From Podospora anserina (taxonomy: Eukaryota), in NCBI GenBank assembly GCA_017654855.1, contig CM030337.1, forward strand, positions 2,356,001 through 2,420,000: DNA of 64,000 nucleotides, in the 5' to 3' direction. Position 1 is the stretch's first letter. Each line of letters begins with the position of its first letter. A program made the position numbers and the translations under genes. Shown here piece after piece: positions 35,056-49,335 of the stretch. Under the pieces are notes generated by a model. That model was not told the origin of the DNA. It searched no databases and worked only from the letters and a program-made list of their open reading frames with translations.

Positions 35056-36011
35056 GATGTGGACGTTGGACGAGAAACGCAGAGAGTATCGGGGCAGTGT
35101 AAAGGGACGATGATGACTAGACCGCTGATGTGGCCTGAGGTAATGTAGACTAGATAGGTAATCTGTCGTGGGGAAAAGAGAATTTGGTTTGGGAACAGAA
35201 AAAGAAGGCAGTGGTTTTTTTTGCACATGCCGTCCCGCTATGCCTTTCGTGACGGCGGTTGTGGCGCTTCACAGACTTCAGGCAAGCGTGACGGTGGCGC
35301 CTATTGATAACCCAGACGGGATCGGAGGGGGGAAGGGCACACAGAGCTCAGTTACTTACGAGTCTCGCAGTTTACGGGACGGTAACGAAGGTGTGGGCAA
35401 AGGTAGTGCTAGTGGTAATGATGTGTGAAATAAAAATAAATAAAAAAAGAAAACAAAAAAAGAAAAGACCGTGGCCCACTGCAAGATGACGAAGACGGGA
35501 GCAAGGCAGCAACGCGATGTCCACTCCCCACGCCGCTGTGAGCCGGTACCGTCCCCTTCACAGATGACTATGTCGCTAAACCTTAGTACACGTTTTCCAT
35601 CTCAACAACCCGGACACCTGGCCCTGGGTTTGCGTCAGATAGGTACTATACGAGCCCTGCCTGGGAAACAAGCTCAGTGACTCTACGATGACTCCTCCGG
35701 CGACAATTTTATCCATGCCTGAAACCACGAGCCGAGACTTTCGAGCAGGGAATGTGATTTGACAATAAATAGGTTCTTACCTGGCCAACCACTCAATATT
35801 CTCTGCTCTTCCGCATCCTCCTCTTCCTCGCTCATCCAACAACCCTGGCCTCGAGCGACTGAAGTCTGTTAGGGCTGGTTCAAATGCAAAACAAAAAGAA
35901 GTGTACATCCGTCAACAAGACAAGTAAGCTTGCCCTGCCGCTTATCATGACTGTGACTGACTTGATGATATTGCAGCGGAACGATCTGCCACAAGAATGA
36001 CCCAATGGTTG

Positions 36012-36190
36012 GCAACAAGACACCAGGAACTTCTGTCCAGATAAATCTCACCAATCATGCCGTGTCGGCGTCAAACGAACAATCGGCCTCCACCTTCGCC
36101 CACCGCCTCCCCCGTGAATTAGCAACAAGACACCGGAAACTTCTCTCCAGATGAACCTCACCCATCACACGGCGTCAAACGAATCGCCTC
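36012..36190. repeat. Imperfect tandem duplication, period about 110 bp
   Basis: gcaacaagacacc..aacttct.tccagat.aa.ctcacc.atca...cggcgtcaaacgaa at 36012-36078 and 36122-36183. Confidence 0.8.
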
Positions 36191-37480
36191 GGGGTCCCGG
36201 TCCTCCAGGGGGGGGGGGTCGGTGGCCGTCGAGGACTGAAGGTGGTTAGAACTTTGCAAGACCACTACAGGTAATCAACTTCGGTACCGCAACCTCCGTA
36301 CAACGAGAAAGGCCATCAGGAGAATAAAGTACCTGAATTTGACAATGAGCCAATATCCCACGTTCTGTCAGTGGGGTTGGGGTTTGTTCAAACAGTCTGT
36401 TGCAAAAAGACCATTGTTGAAAAAGCGAGTGGTTAGCCATCCGGTGTCGCTGATTAAGAGGGGGGAACCCAAAAGAAGAGCACAAGAGGGGTGACAGTAC
36501 CTAACTGGCGATCCTGGACCTGACTGACTGTCAACAAGACAAGCGTTGCCAGCCGCGCTCCGCGAAACCTCAAAACCTCTTGGATAAAAATATATGTTGC
36601 AAGCAACAACAAGCGGACGCGCTCAGCACTGCCTGCGCAGCTTCCGGAAGCGATGGGAAGACGCGCTGGGGGTCTCGAAGGTCTTGGGCGCTTGGAGTGA
36701 TGGATGTCATCGGAGGCGATGGACAGGATGGCAAACTGAGGGTCGGCTGACTCGAAGGTCCTGGGCTCAAGACAACAGGCTTGTTTATTTTCGCGCGAGA
36801 CAAAACAGCCTACCGAAAACTGGCGCTTCCGGGAGTGTGCCACAGCAAGGCTGCTGCGGGACTCTCTGGTTGGGTGCGCACGGTCATCTGCCCCCGCGAC
36901 TGCTTGGCCATCACGGCTCTCAACGATGACGAGCTGTTTCCACAGAGTTGGATTCGGTAGACTTGGTGGCGACGGACTGCTGGTACTTTCGGAAAAGCGT
37001 CGTTGTTCGACCGCGAGGTCGTCACGGTGGTGAGGATAAGTTGGGGAATATCGAAGGTTGAGGCGAGTTGATGGGTGGTCAAGAGCGAGCCACTGTCATG
37101 AGGTTGAGCATCCAGCCCCTGCCATGGGCGATGTTGTGGTGTTGTGGTTGTTTGTGTGTGTTCCCCCAGTTCACTACTCTGGGCGGGGGGGCTGGGATTT
37201 GATATGGCCCAAAGGTAGCCCACATCCTCCTGATGGTGTGTATCTTTCTTACATCAAGGCTCTTGTTGTTGTTTGGATAAATAGCTGGGTATATAAATAC
37301 AGTGATTTGTCTTGTTTTATCTGCGAACGAAAACCGAGATACCTATGATGCGGTTCTTATCCTTCCCACCCCAATCTTTGCATCCATGACCCCCTCACGA
37401 ACCTCATCTACTCGTTCTTCTGTCAATATAAAATCATATTGCGACACTGACATCGAAGCCATCTATGTTTTGATATTAAT

Positions 37481-39512
37481 TCAAATAAACCCACTCTCCC
37501 TCAACATCTTGAGCGTCAACTCCGCCTTCAGCGTCGCCTCGTCTTTATACCCCTTTCCTTCCCCCGTGTCAATAAAATTCTCCCAAAACTTCAACCCCTC
37601 TATCCCTTCTTCCCGACAAAGCACCCCCTTTTCCTCCGCCATCTCCAACTCTTCCTCGGCAACACCAATACTCCACCCAAACCTCTCCGCCACATCTCTC
37701 GCAGTAACCCCCCTCCCAAACTCATGCCAATCCCACGACACCTCCTTCTCAGGAGGAAACTCATGCAAATCCTTCATCCAAGCCAGTAACGCCTTGATCG
37801 TCGACTCGTCCGTCCTATCCTTGCTCTGTACAACCTTCACCCCTGATTTAAACACCCTCAGCCTAACCGGCAACTCCAATTTCTCCCATAGATTCGCTGC
37901 TTTCTCGAAGTCTGCGGGACTAACCAGTTCGACTCCGCCTCGGGCTCGGTTGAACATAGCCCATAGATCCACAAGTGAGATTACTCCCCCGGCCTTTCTC
38001 AAGACCCCCCTCCTGTCATCCGTCAAAAACTCGGCCAACGTCCTTGCCAACTCACTCAGATACAAAGAGTCGCCCCCATTACTCCCAACAATATCCTTCG
38101 TGGTGATCAACCCAAGCTGACTTGCCGACTCGGCCAACAGAGCATTCTCACTCGCGGACGAGCCCCCAGCGCCTCTGACTTGTTTCGCGAAACTTTCCGC
38201 CAAAGCTACAATCTCCTTCGCCGATGCCATGAGCGCTTCCAAGTCTTCAAAGGCGTTTCCAATGACGAGCTCGTTATTCTTGCGCATCGCCTGAGTTTGC
38301 CGCTCCAGGCCGGCAATACCACCAATCTTGGGCCGTTGTCTCTCCGGTTCTGATGACCCGGCAGTACCAGAACCACCCTTGGTGCCATCGGAGCGAGATG
38401 ACTTGGGGATGGGGGGCGCGTTCTGGAGAAGCCATTTCCGCTGCGTCATGCAGCCTTTGAGACGTTCATAGAATATCTTCTCACCACCATGGCGGAAAGA
38501 AAGCTTGACGTTCTCTGGGCTTTCCAGGCCAACTGGGGCGGGGGCGGTGGAGTTGAGGAAGGGGCCGGGAGATTCCGTGTTGGTTCGGGGGCTCTGAGTG
38601 AGACTGGCTGGGATGTCGTGGGAGATGAGTGAGGCGCCGCATATTTCGCAGGATAGGAGAGAGGGATGGTTGGCAAAGGTACATCGTGGGCAGTGGAAGG
38701 AGGCATCGGGATCTGAACTTCGGGGGGGTGCTGTGAGGCCTGGAGACTGTGGTGAGGTTAGGTCAGAGATTTGCTTCGGCCTCACGGGTAGCGGCGTTTG
38801 GAGAGCCGGACTCGATGGTCCACGGGTTGATGCATTGCTGATTGCGGCTTTCAGAACATGGGTTAGGGTTGGCTTAATGCCGCATGCCAAACACGGAGGC
38901 AGAGGTGTATGAGCGTTGGCGGCAGTAGGGTCAAAGTTGGACGGGACAGGGTTTGAGAAGCTGCAGATGGTGCAAACCCAGGTGGCTGCGCTCACGGGCG
39001 TAGGCTCAACTGGTGATACCCGGAGGACGCCATCTTGGCGATGGGCTGGCGAGGAATTGCCGCTCCGGGAAGGAATAGAGACATGAGCTGGAGAGCGCTG
39101 TTGAAGGGGCGCACGCTTTGTTGCTTTGGGTATCAAGGTGATCTTTGGAGAGGACTTGAAAAAGCCAGCCTGAAGATAGCGATTAGCAAAGAGCTTCAAG
39201 CCGCAAATCCAACACGGCACTCACATAGAACTCATAGCGCTCCACATCTTTCAGGTCCAGCGCAACCGAGTACTTTCTTGGCTCTGCCTTGTCGACGTAG
39301 CATATCCGATGCGATGTCAAGTAAACCTGGCCATTTTGCTGATTCGGGAGTTTGAACTTGCTAGCGAAGGTCAGTCAGTGGTGGTGATAAGGACGATCCC
39401 AAGCAACTCACCCCTCATACAACCCCACATTGTCTTGCACGAAAAGCAGGTCTTCATCGGGCAGGTACGAAGGCCGCAGTGCGGTTGTCAAGTCGATGTG
39501 CTTTAAGAACAT
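37481..39512 (-). CDS. VPS36: ESCRT-II subunit Vps36 (split GLUE domain, two NZF zinc fingers, winged helix)
   Basis: MFLKHIDLTTALRPS..QDNVGLYEG; introns 39411-39361 and 39224-39170. Motifs YLTSHRICY, WVCTICSFSN, CPRCTFANHPSLLSCEICG, AFEDLEALMASAKE and EEKGVLCREEGIEGLKFWEN. Confidence 0.95.
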
Positions 39513-40016
39513 TCGTCATAGTCATGGGAAGACGGCCCCGGTGCTTTGGGAACAGTTTCAGTGCGTGTGCCGTGGTTTTCCACCATGAGTTTGTTGATGA
39601 GAGACAGGATGTCTGTCGTTGTCGTTTGGTGGATCCCGACCATTGACGTAACTGGGAGACGGGTTAAGCACCTATCCCACCCGCCCCGATTGTTGCATGC
39701 TGACTCAGCGCCTCCCCAAAAGACTCGACAAAGACTCGTTAGAGCGCTCCAGCCACTCAACGCGACTCGCCGCCCACTTTTCCGCACATTGCAGCCCTCT
39801 CCTCTCCGCTCCGCTTCTCCCGAACTGCCCAATCCAACTCAACTCTCTTCGCACACTTCAGTTCGCACCATTCACCGCCATCATCAAGTTGCCATCACCG
39901 CTTCGCTGACCAGCACTCCGACCGTATTTCTGCGACCTACTTACCTCTCTGAACAGCTACCTTTGGTTTTTTTTCTCGTCTCCCACAAGAGGCAAAGCGA
40001 TCACAGCAGTGACAAC

Positions 40017-41715
40017 ATGATGCCGACGTGGCCAACCGCATCCCCGCCCCAGGGCGTTCCGCCCTCAACTGCCTACGCAGCAACCTATTCAGGTATGTGG
40101 CCGACACCTCTAGACCCTCTATCCTCAAGTGAATCTCTTGCTGACTTTTTCCCCTACAGCTCCTGCTTTCACCCCAGTCCAAGTCCGACAAACCTTCGGC
40201 CAGTCCTATTCCGCCCCACAAGCCTCCTATCCCACCACACATCCCTACGGCCCAGCCCAATCCCCTCCACCTGCCCCAGCTAATCACCAGTCGACCGCTG
40301 CTTCTCCTCCCACAGCTGATGAACAGCCCAGGAAGAAGGTTCAATGGCCTGATTCCGTCCGCTCCTACGTCCAGCGCTCTTTTTTCCCGGCCAACATGGA
40401 TCCTACCGTCTCGAAAGAAGAAATGGAGGGCAAGCTCAAGGAAACCATCATGCGCGCCAGCGAGGACAACCTTCTGTATTCCATCGTGTGGGAGACGATG
40501 CCGCTGCCCCAACAAATAATCAAGCAGGAGCGTGAACAACGTGCCAAGGCCATGGCCTATCCCGCTCAAGCACAAACGCCCTACTCCAACGCGCCAATGC
40601 CCATCTCCAAGAAGAGGAAGTCCGCCGACTTGGAAGATGTCGCCAATCTCAGTATCACCCCACCATGGAGGACAGGCCAAGGCGCCCGCCTCGAGGATCG
40701 CGTCACTTTTTCCAAGGATAAACGCCAAGCTACCGAGGAGAGCTCCGATAACACGAGTAAGTTGAACAAGTACGAGAAGCGCCAAAAGCGCTTCAACGGG
40801 GGCTACGTATCGACATATCGCTCCCCAAGCCCTCCCCCCGGCGATGGGCCCGTCGTGGGGACGTGCGAAAAGCTTGAGAAGAGCTATCTGCGCTTGACTG
40901 CTCCTCCCAAGCCTGAGAACGTGCGTCCGCCTCGGGTGTTGAAGAACACGCTGGAGCTGCTGAAGAAGAAGTGGAAGAAGGATTCGAACTACGCATACAT
41001 TTGTGATCAGTTCAAGTCCATGCGCCAGGATCTGACTGTGCAACGCGTGAGGGATGATTTTACTGTCGAGGTGTACGAAATACATGCTCGCATTGCTTTG
41101 GAAAAGGGGGATCTCGGTGAGTATAATCAGTGCCAGACTCAGCTCAAGGCACTGTACAAGTTGGGCCTCAAAGGCAAGGCCAACGAGTTCAAGGCCTATC
41201 GGATTCTTTACTTCATTCACACAGCCAACCGCACAGACTTGAATAGCGTTTTGGCAGATCTAACCCCAGCAGAAAAGAAAGACAAGGCGATCAAGCACGC
41301 CTTGGACGTGCGGTCCTCCCTGGCCCTGGGGAACTACCATCGGTTCTTCCAGTTGTACAACGAGACCCCAAACATGGGTGCATACCTCATGGATATGTTT
41401 GTCGGCCGGGAGCGTCTTGCTGCCCTGTGCAACATTTGCAAGGCGTAAGCTCATTCTCCTCCTGTCATGGTGAAGATCCAATGCTAACTTGATAACAGAT
41501 ACAAGCCTGACGTGCCATTGCGATTTGTTACCGAGGAACTCTATTTTGAGTCCGACATGGAAGCCGCCCAGTTCATCATTGACAACGGCGGCCAGGATTT
41601 GCTCCAAGAAAAGGAGGACGGCACCATTGTCTTCCTCACTGGCAAGGCTGGCCAGACATTCGAAAGCCACAAAGCGAAAGCCTTCGCCCGCGTCGACATC
41701 AAGGGCCAAATCTAG
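40017..41715 (+). CDS. THP3: SAC3/GANP-domain protein, THP3/LENG8-like
   Basis: Introns 40093-40159 and 41445-41498. Motifs VVGTCEKLEKSYLRLTAPPKPENVRP, YICDQFKSMRQDLTVQ, VYEIHARIALEKGDLGEYNQCQTQL and EFKAYRILY. Confidence 0.9.
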
Positions 41716-44700
41716 TCGCCCCTGGCTGTGCTTCTCTTTTCTATTTTGTTTTCCACATCCACAAGCGCCACCCCTCCCTTCGTTGGAGGCTACCTCCCAC
41801 GTCTTATCACGTCGTAATTATTCTTTCACCCTCACCCTCCTGAGGCTCGGGGGGTGCCTACCCATACGTCGCCTGTTCGCCGGCCGCCATGAATAGGCCG
41901 CTCATCCATCTTTTTTTCTGGAGTTTCCACGAGATCCTTGGAGAGCCTCACGACTCTGACACCATCGACTTTTGTTTTGTCGGCCACGAAAAGTAGTTTT
42001 TCTTTTCTTCCTGACTTTAATTCCCAGCTTTCGCCATCCTCTTCATCTTCTACGACTTTATGGCTTCACGAGGGATCTCGCTCACACTTCGAACCGGTCG
42101 TGCTCTGCTACTGGCCGTGCCGTGAACCAACTGCGATGATGACGATAGATGAGTGTCAACAAGGGTGGCTCTGCTTCACTGTTCGTGCTCAGTAGTTATC
42201 TTAAACATCGCTTGGGGTTTTGGGCTGTGCTTTGTCAGGGCTGGATCTGGTAGAGGAGTTAGCTAGCTTTGAATCAACGGCAGTGCTGTTGAGGAATTTT
42301 GGCACAGGGGGGTTTTTGGTTTCGTTATCGGGGGATTTCCGTCACAGTGATACCCATGGAAGAGGAGGAGGTTGGCCCGTTTTGATCTAGCAGTCATCTG
42401 GGGGATATTAAAGTTTGACTTGGGCAGGGGTCACCGACCCCATTTGGGCGAGGAGTTTGGAGCTGGAGTTGAATTTGTGTAACCATTCACAGCGAACTAG
42501 TCTTGGGGTCCTATCAAGGGATATATCGTTACAATCATGGTTTAATGAAGACGACATTTGTCACGTCTTGTTTTCTGAACTCTGGTGATTTCGGCTTTGC
42601 CCAGCTTTTGCCATTTGATGATGATCTTGAAGCTTGAACTGCCCCCTACGCAAGAATACATGAGTAAATTCTCATGAGATTCGCACCACGATGTCGTTCC
42701 CGTTAGAGAGGTATGCAGCTGTGACGTTACGGTATTTTGTGCTTGTTCTTTCTAGATAAGTTACGATGGTAAGGTTTAAGGTTGTGGGTTGGTGGAATAG
42801 TCCTGGATTTTGAACTGCTCAGCGAATCGGAGGTCATGGGAGAATTTGGGGATTGTTCCTTTTTGCCTGTTGGTGAACGAAGGGGTTTGTTGGCGGTGTG
42901 TCTCGCTTGGACGACGCCTGTCCCATGTGGCTGCTGGTAAGGTAGAGGTGATATACTCTAGTGTCCCCGGGCCGTCTTACAACCTTGGTGCGGTGGAGTT
43001 GTATTTGGCAAGAACTCCGAGGAAAGATAGGTGGTTTGGTTGTTTGTGATATTGGCATGAGCGTTGAGGGGATAGTTGTGGGGTTTACTACCTGATATGG
43101 TCTAGATAGGTATGCTGTCTGATATGGATTCGGGTTATGGAGTCTGAGTTTGGATAGATAATGGGCTGGTTGGTTGGATTTTGAGAGGGAGGGTTTGTTT
43201 GTTGGGATGATACTGGAGTTTAAATGGCGGAGTTGTGATGGTCTGAAGTGGATTGCTGTATGTTTCTTGATGGGAACCTTTTGTGGTGTACTTGGTTATA
43301 TCTACGGGAGACATCAAATCATATGGTGAAGGACAGGGTGGCTGAAGCGAGTAATTATTGAACTGGGGATAGATCTGTTCAGGGCTGGTTGCTATACCAG
43401 CTTGCCCTGGTTCTCTTCCTCTTCTTTCGTCAGTTACTGGACTGCGAGACCTGGATTTGGTTCTTTTCGTCGGTGTGGAAAAGGTCTATGGATCAGGGTA
43501 ATAGATCTGCAGCCTTGTGTCGTCCTTCCATGCCTGGTTGTTGAAGTTTTACGGTCAGCGAATCAAATCGGAGAGAAAAGCTGCACCTGCAATTCCGTGA
43601 GGAATGCCATGATATGTGGTTCTTTTCAAGCACAGAAAACCCAAATGGGCTCTTGGAATTATGGACCTAGTACCGTTTTACTCGTGAGAAGGGGGGGATT
43701 TGAATGTTGGTCAATTAAAGCAAAGCTAGGTAATTCAGGATTGCCATTAAAATGTCCACAAATCTTCTGTTCGTCTTCTCGTTTAACGCTTTTGTTTTGG
43801 GAAAAACTTGTAGTGCCAAAGAGAGAGAGGGAATGGTGTGTTACACTACTTGATGCGTGTTGAGCTCCGTCTTACAGAGATGCCGGGAGGAGACTTCTTT
43901 ATGGTTGGTATAAACTTTGAGCTTGTCATGGGAAAGCAATGAGGAAGATACCAGGTAGCTTGAATTGTGGATGTAAGTCTACAACATATCTCGTGACTTC
44001 CCTCCCCTCCCCCCCTGCTTCTACAACGCTTTTCTCTGGCTACAGCGAAGCCGTAGGTTTGATGGTTAAACCCCCTATTCCCATTTCAGGGGTAGTGTTC
44101 AGAAGGGTTAGGGTTGTGTCATCTTGGTTTCTCTGTGTATTCCTTTCTCAATCTGACACGGTTGCCTTTAATCGCCCCTAGGTAATATGGGCAGATCTTT
44201 GGCGTGACAGGAGGCTACAGTGGCCAGAAGGAGATAAGGTGTATGTAACTATAAACTGCCGGATCTCCAACAGGCTATAGAAGTGCCAGGCTGACTGAGA
44301 GGCCGCTGGATCCAAGACCGTTTCTACCCTCTTTGGGGTTCAGCTCTGCTATTTGATGATATGTCCTGATCTTGTTAGTACCACAAAAGACACATGTTAC
44401 CTAGGTCCTTTGTAAAGACACCGACGGGCCATGAAAAATATGGTTGTTATGACTCTCCGTGCACCTGTGACCATCTTGGCAGCCCTTCTCCTTCCTATCT
44501 GGTAATAAAACCTCAAGAAATCCCATTTTTGGTAAAAGGGAACGTCGTTTCAGACGTTTCAAGTTCCGTGTGTTCGGGAATCGGGAGGGACAGGATCCGA
44601 GGGCGTGTCAACCCAGGGTTGGATTGGGGGCTGGTAGATGGGTGGTGGTCAGCGAATAGAGGTCGAGAGAAGGAGGCTACATCGGTAGCTGTATTTGGCA

Positions 44701-47024
44701 TGTCGGTACTTGGTCTGCTTCATGCGTAGCAACGGCAGCAGCACCCCGCTTGGGGAACTTGGAGAGAGGAATAAGGTTGTTCGAGAATGTTCAGCGTTGG
44801 GTGAGGCTGCTCAGCCTCTGTACTTACTGTGGCAGAGAGGTTGGACGGCGGCGGTAGTGGAGGGTGGTTGCCGTCAATGGCTTGTGACAAGGAACCGTTG
44901 TGTTGGCGAGTCTGTGCCGCCAAACGTCACCGCGGGGTCATCACTTGATGTCAGAGATGCCCGCCTCTGTGCAAAACCCGCCGGTGGAGAGGAGAGTTGG
45001 GATGAGTGGATGGATGGCTCTGGCATCTGCGCCATCATGTCTCCATCTGATTTGAAGAGACGAACGTCCACATGGGCGTCTGAGCGAGCTCGGCCTTTGC
45101 ATGAACCGTCATCGATGGGAATGGTGACGCTGGAGTGGCTTTCTCAATCACCCCGCCCCATGAAGCGGATGCCCAGCCAGGGGTTCCCAAGGAACGGGAG
45201 CGGGGTAATGGCCCCTCCAGATTTCACATCCCGACCCCAACATAGCGAGGTCGGGATGGCAGGTGAAAGGTGGTTGTGGGTGAGCTGGGTAAGGTTTTGG
45301 CGATGGCATGAAGAACCATGGAACAGCTAGAGGGAGGGAGTCAGCAAATGGACAGCTAGAGCGATGCGCGCGCGTCGACAGTTGAGGAGCGAGCGCCACT
45401 GGTTCCAGACCGAGATAATTGGGGGACATTGCGCGATACAGCGATAGGTTGGACTTGGCGCATGAATTGTTCAAAGAGAAGAAGGGGCCTGCAAGAGCCA
45501 GGGGCAGGCGAGCTTCTCGAAGAGCGCATATGCAGCGCAACACGTTTACATGGCGGGATGCAGATGAGGATGAGATGACGTTGGGGGGAGGGAGTGTTGG
45601 ACGTCCGAAACCAGCCAGCCCAGCCCAGCCCAGTTTCATGCCGAGACTTTTCAGAAGACAATTTACACGGCATGGTGTTGGACGACCGGAGCGTGGACTT
45701 GGGCGGCGAGGCGGAGGGTGCCACCGTTTTCCATCGGGCTGGCCATCCGTCAAAGTCAATTGGCGCTAACATGACCGAGAAAGACAACGTTGAACGAAGG
45801 TCGAGGCGCTTCTACCGCACCAATGACCCTTTGGGGGAGGACTCTGGTGCGACCGACAATGGGCCATCCGAACAGAAACTATTGTTGCTGCGTGAATGCC
45901 ATGCGCGCAGGACTGCGTCACGACACCTGCCGCCAGAGTTTTCATCTTTCGGAGGAGGCACGTGAGGCAAGGGAGAGAGTACGTACGGATAACTGAGAGT
46001 GCTCATCATGGTCATGGTGATGATGGCCACAGGGATCCAAAAGTCTGGACAAGCAATTGCGCACTGTGGATCGGTCCATGGCGGGAACCTTTTGCGGTAG
46101 CACCTAGGGCACGGGCACGGGCACAGTAGCCTGTTGCCATCGCCGATTGTTTGCCATGATAATGTTTTTGTTAAAGAAATGAATCATGTATATACGGTGG
46201 CAGACTGTACTCGACTGTAAAAAAGATAGAGCACCTTATTAGTTGGATAATTACTTATCTCACTAGATATCTATTGCCAACCTTGAATGCCGGTATGATC
46301 CGGTGGAGATGCTGCTGAGGGAACGGGATTTAGGGACCCCTGCTGCCTTTTTATTTTGGCCCGCACGCAAGCCGACTGACCGCGCAATCCTGACCTCTGC
46401 CCTGCGAGCCCCTCCCTCCCCCCAGCCTAGCTTTCCAAGCCTTCCAACATTTTCCGTGCGCTCGTCCACAGCCAGCCCAGCCCGCCCGCACTCGTCTCTG
46501 CGCCTTGGCCCCTGGCTCACCCCCTCCCAATTTCCTGCCTTGTCCTTCTCTTAAGACCTTCTCGGTGCCCATCGCATCGCATCGCCGCTCTCCACCTCAC
46601 CTTCAACAGCACACCGGCGTCGACTGTGCGGCTGAACAAAGGGCAGAAACACCACAAGCACCAGTTTGGACCGAGTTCAGCACAAAGGCGGAGACCAACG
46701 TTCTCGGAGGAGTCAGCCACCGAACCCCCCGACCGACAGACAGACACGGGACAATCCATTCCATAATCCAACAATACCACGCGGTCGCCGCCAGTTGTTC
46801 CCAGTCTATCAAAGAGAAAAGAGGAGGCAATCAATCAACTCCGTTACACTGATCCAAGACCACCCGAACAACAGCATTGCGCTGGCGTAACGCAACAGCC
46901 CACGCCCACGCTCCCTATCGGCCGAATCGATTGTCCATTCCTCGCTTCTCGCCATCTATTTTTCTTCGTCGATACCAGCAGGCAGAGTCTAGTTTGAGAG
47001 AGGGGGCGCCTGACAGCACCAACC

Positions 47025-49335
47025 ATGAAGGTACGTCATTCCACTTGTCCTGTCCTGTCCTATCCCATCCTGTCCTGTCCGTCGCTTCCCAATGAGCGGG
47101 ATGCGGGCAACCACAAATCTGGCGTCAGCGCCAGCGCCAGTTGCCATCGCTGATAACCACTTGGTCTTGGCCGTTGGCATTTCATGGAACTTACCCATCA
47201 CTTGGCCCATCTGTCTTGGACACCTTTCGCATGCTCCTGCTCCTGCTCGTGCTTTTGCTCTTGCTCTTGCTACCCCTCTTCTTCTTGTCACTATCCGCAT
47301 TCTTAATTGCCCGCTAACCTACGATGCGCGTTTTGAAGGCTTTACGGAGGTCCATCAAGGGGGAGAAGGAGAACAAGCCACATATCAGCATTGCTCCAAA
47401 ATCAGCTGTCGCCATTCAGCCTCCCAAGAAGGTGCGTCTTCTGTCTGCCTGTTCTGCTCATTCTGCACACTGCTTGGCCAAGCTGCCTGGGGTCCCCTCG
47501 GTGGGCCCCGGTGTGCTCCCCATCCGAGTCACTTGGACAACCACTGACGTCGGCGGCCTCTTCAGGTGATCCGAGCACTCTACGATTATGAAGCCTCAAA
47601 TCCTCAAGAGTTGAGCTTTTCCCGCGGTGATTTCTTCCACGTTATCGGGCGCGAGAACGACCAAGATTGGTATGAGGCCTGCAACCCCGCTCTTCCGGAC
47701 GCCCGCGGCCTAGTGCCCGTTGCATTCTTCCAAGCTCTTGGACGCACCGAGCGTGATAGTGGCCAGTCCCAACCCGACACGGCCCGCTCAACAAACTCGA
47801 CAAAAGGCCCGGATAACGATTCCGGCTACGGAGATGCATCCACCGTCGGCACGGCGACACCCGCCGCCAGCCAGCGGAGCTCCAAAATCTCCGGAAAGTC
47901 TGGGGCTATGGTGTATGGTGTTGTCATGTACGACTTCCAGGCGGAACGCGGGGACGAGCTGGATGCCAAGGCGGGCGAAGCTATCATTGTGATTGCCCAG
48001 TCCAACCCGGAGTGGTTTGTCGCAAAGCCGATTGGGAGACTCGGTGGTCCCGGTCTGATTCCCGTCTCTTTTGTCGAGATCCGAGATATGGCGAGCAACA
48101 CACCCGTGGCAAACCCTCAAGAGTCTGTTCGCAGGGCGGGCATCCCCAAGGTGGAGGAGTGGAAGAAGATGGCAGCCGACTACAAAAACTCCAGCATCAC
48201 GCTTGGCAAGTTTGATGTTGGCGGCGCGCCAATTGAGCAAGGCATGGAGCGCATGAGTCTCCAGCAGCAACCGAATGGGCGAACGAGCCAAGTGCCGGCG
48301 GGTAACTATGTGAGTGACACTCGCGCCAACTATTGTTTTGATATCATCTGCTAACCGTCATGGTCGCAGCAGCAACCGCAGTCACCACCACAGCAACAGG
48401 CGCAAGTGCAATCCCAACAAGCATACAACGCGCAGCAACCAGTCCAGCAACCAGGCTACGGCGCCCGACAAAGCTCAGAAGTTGCCGCTCCGGTATCCGC
48501 TCAGATTCCCAGATACTGTTTCGCCGAGGAAAAGTACTGGTTTGTGATCGAGGCCGAGCTGGAGGATGGACGGACTTGGGAGCTTTCCCGATACTACGAA
48601 GATTTCTACGATTTTCAGATTGCGCTCTTGACCGAGTTCCCCGTAGAGGCTGGTACGACCGGAAAGAAGCAGCGCACGTTACCGTACATGCCCGGTCCCG
48701 TAAATTACGTCACCGACGCCATCACGGAAGGGAGACGCCACAACCTGGACGCCTACGTCAAGAGTTTGCTCGCACAGCCACCATACATTTCGAAATGCGA
48801 CCTGGTGAAGCAGTTCTTTGCGCCGCGGGAAGGAGACTATGAGATTGATCCCACAGCGCAAGGAGAGGAATACCGGTTGTCTGGCGGATCCCAGCCATCC
48901 TCGACAGACTCGCCAGCGGATGGAGCATCGCGGCAATCATCTCGCCAAAACCTCAACTCAAACGGTAATGGGTACGCTGGCCTTTCCGCGCCGGCACGAC
49001 AGATGGGAGGTGGTCAGCCAGCAGTAAGCAGACAAGTCTCCTCCCTGTCACAACCCTCACAATCATCCCTCTCACCAGGCATCCAGCAACCCGGAGCCCA
49101 AATGAAGGTCAAACTCAGCTACAACGGAGACATCATCGCCATCAAGGTGCCGCAAGATATCAACTTCCGCTCCTTGTACGACAGAATCACCGAAAGACTC
49201 AAGATCCCAGGAGGAGAGATGGTACAGCTGTCATACAAGGACGAGGCCACGGGTGACAAGCCACCGCTGATGAGCGACAATGATCTGGACATTGCTCTGA
49301 GTCGAAACGAGAAGCTGCTGCTCTATGTTGAATAG
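47025..49335 (+). CDS. BEM1: Polarity scaffold Bem1/Scd2 (SH3-SH3-PX-PB1)
   Basis: Exons 47025-47030, 47339-47431, 47566-48309 and 48370-49335. Motifs ALYDYEA..ELSF (SH3), YDFQAERGDEL..GGPGLIPVSF (SH3), LSRYYEDFYDFQIALL (PX) and KVKLSYNGDIIAI..LSYKDE (PB1). Confidence 0.97.

Noticed and set aside
19400-35300. Starship captain (tyrosine recombinase) or Spok-type meiotic driver in the TE island
   Set aside because: No ORF or relic with recognisable motifs. The GC-normal parts are a MULE relic and unassignable degenerate sequence.
39937-41220. 427-aa antisense ORF (and similar ones opposite GH47, VPS36, BEM1 and PIF1)
   Set aside because: Shadow ORFs of well-supported genes on the other strand.
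42700-46900. Many short ORFs upstream of BEM1
   Set aside because: No motifs or consistent codon pattern; likely intergenic, promoter or 5' UTR sequence.
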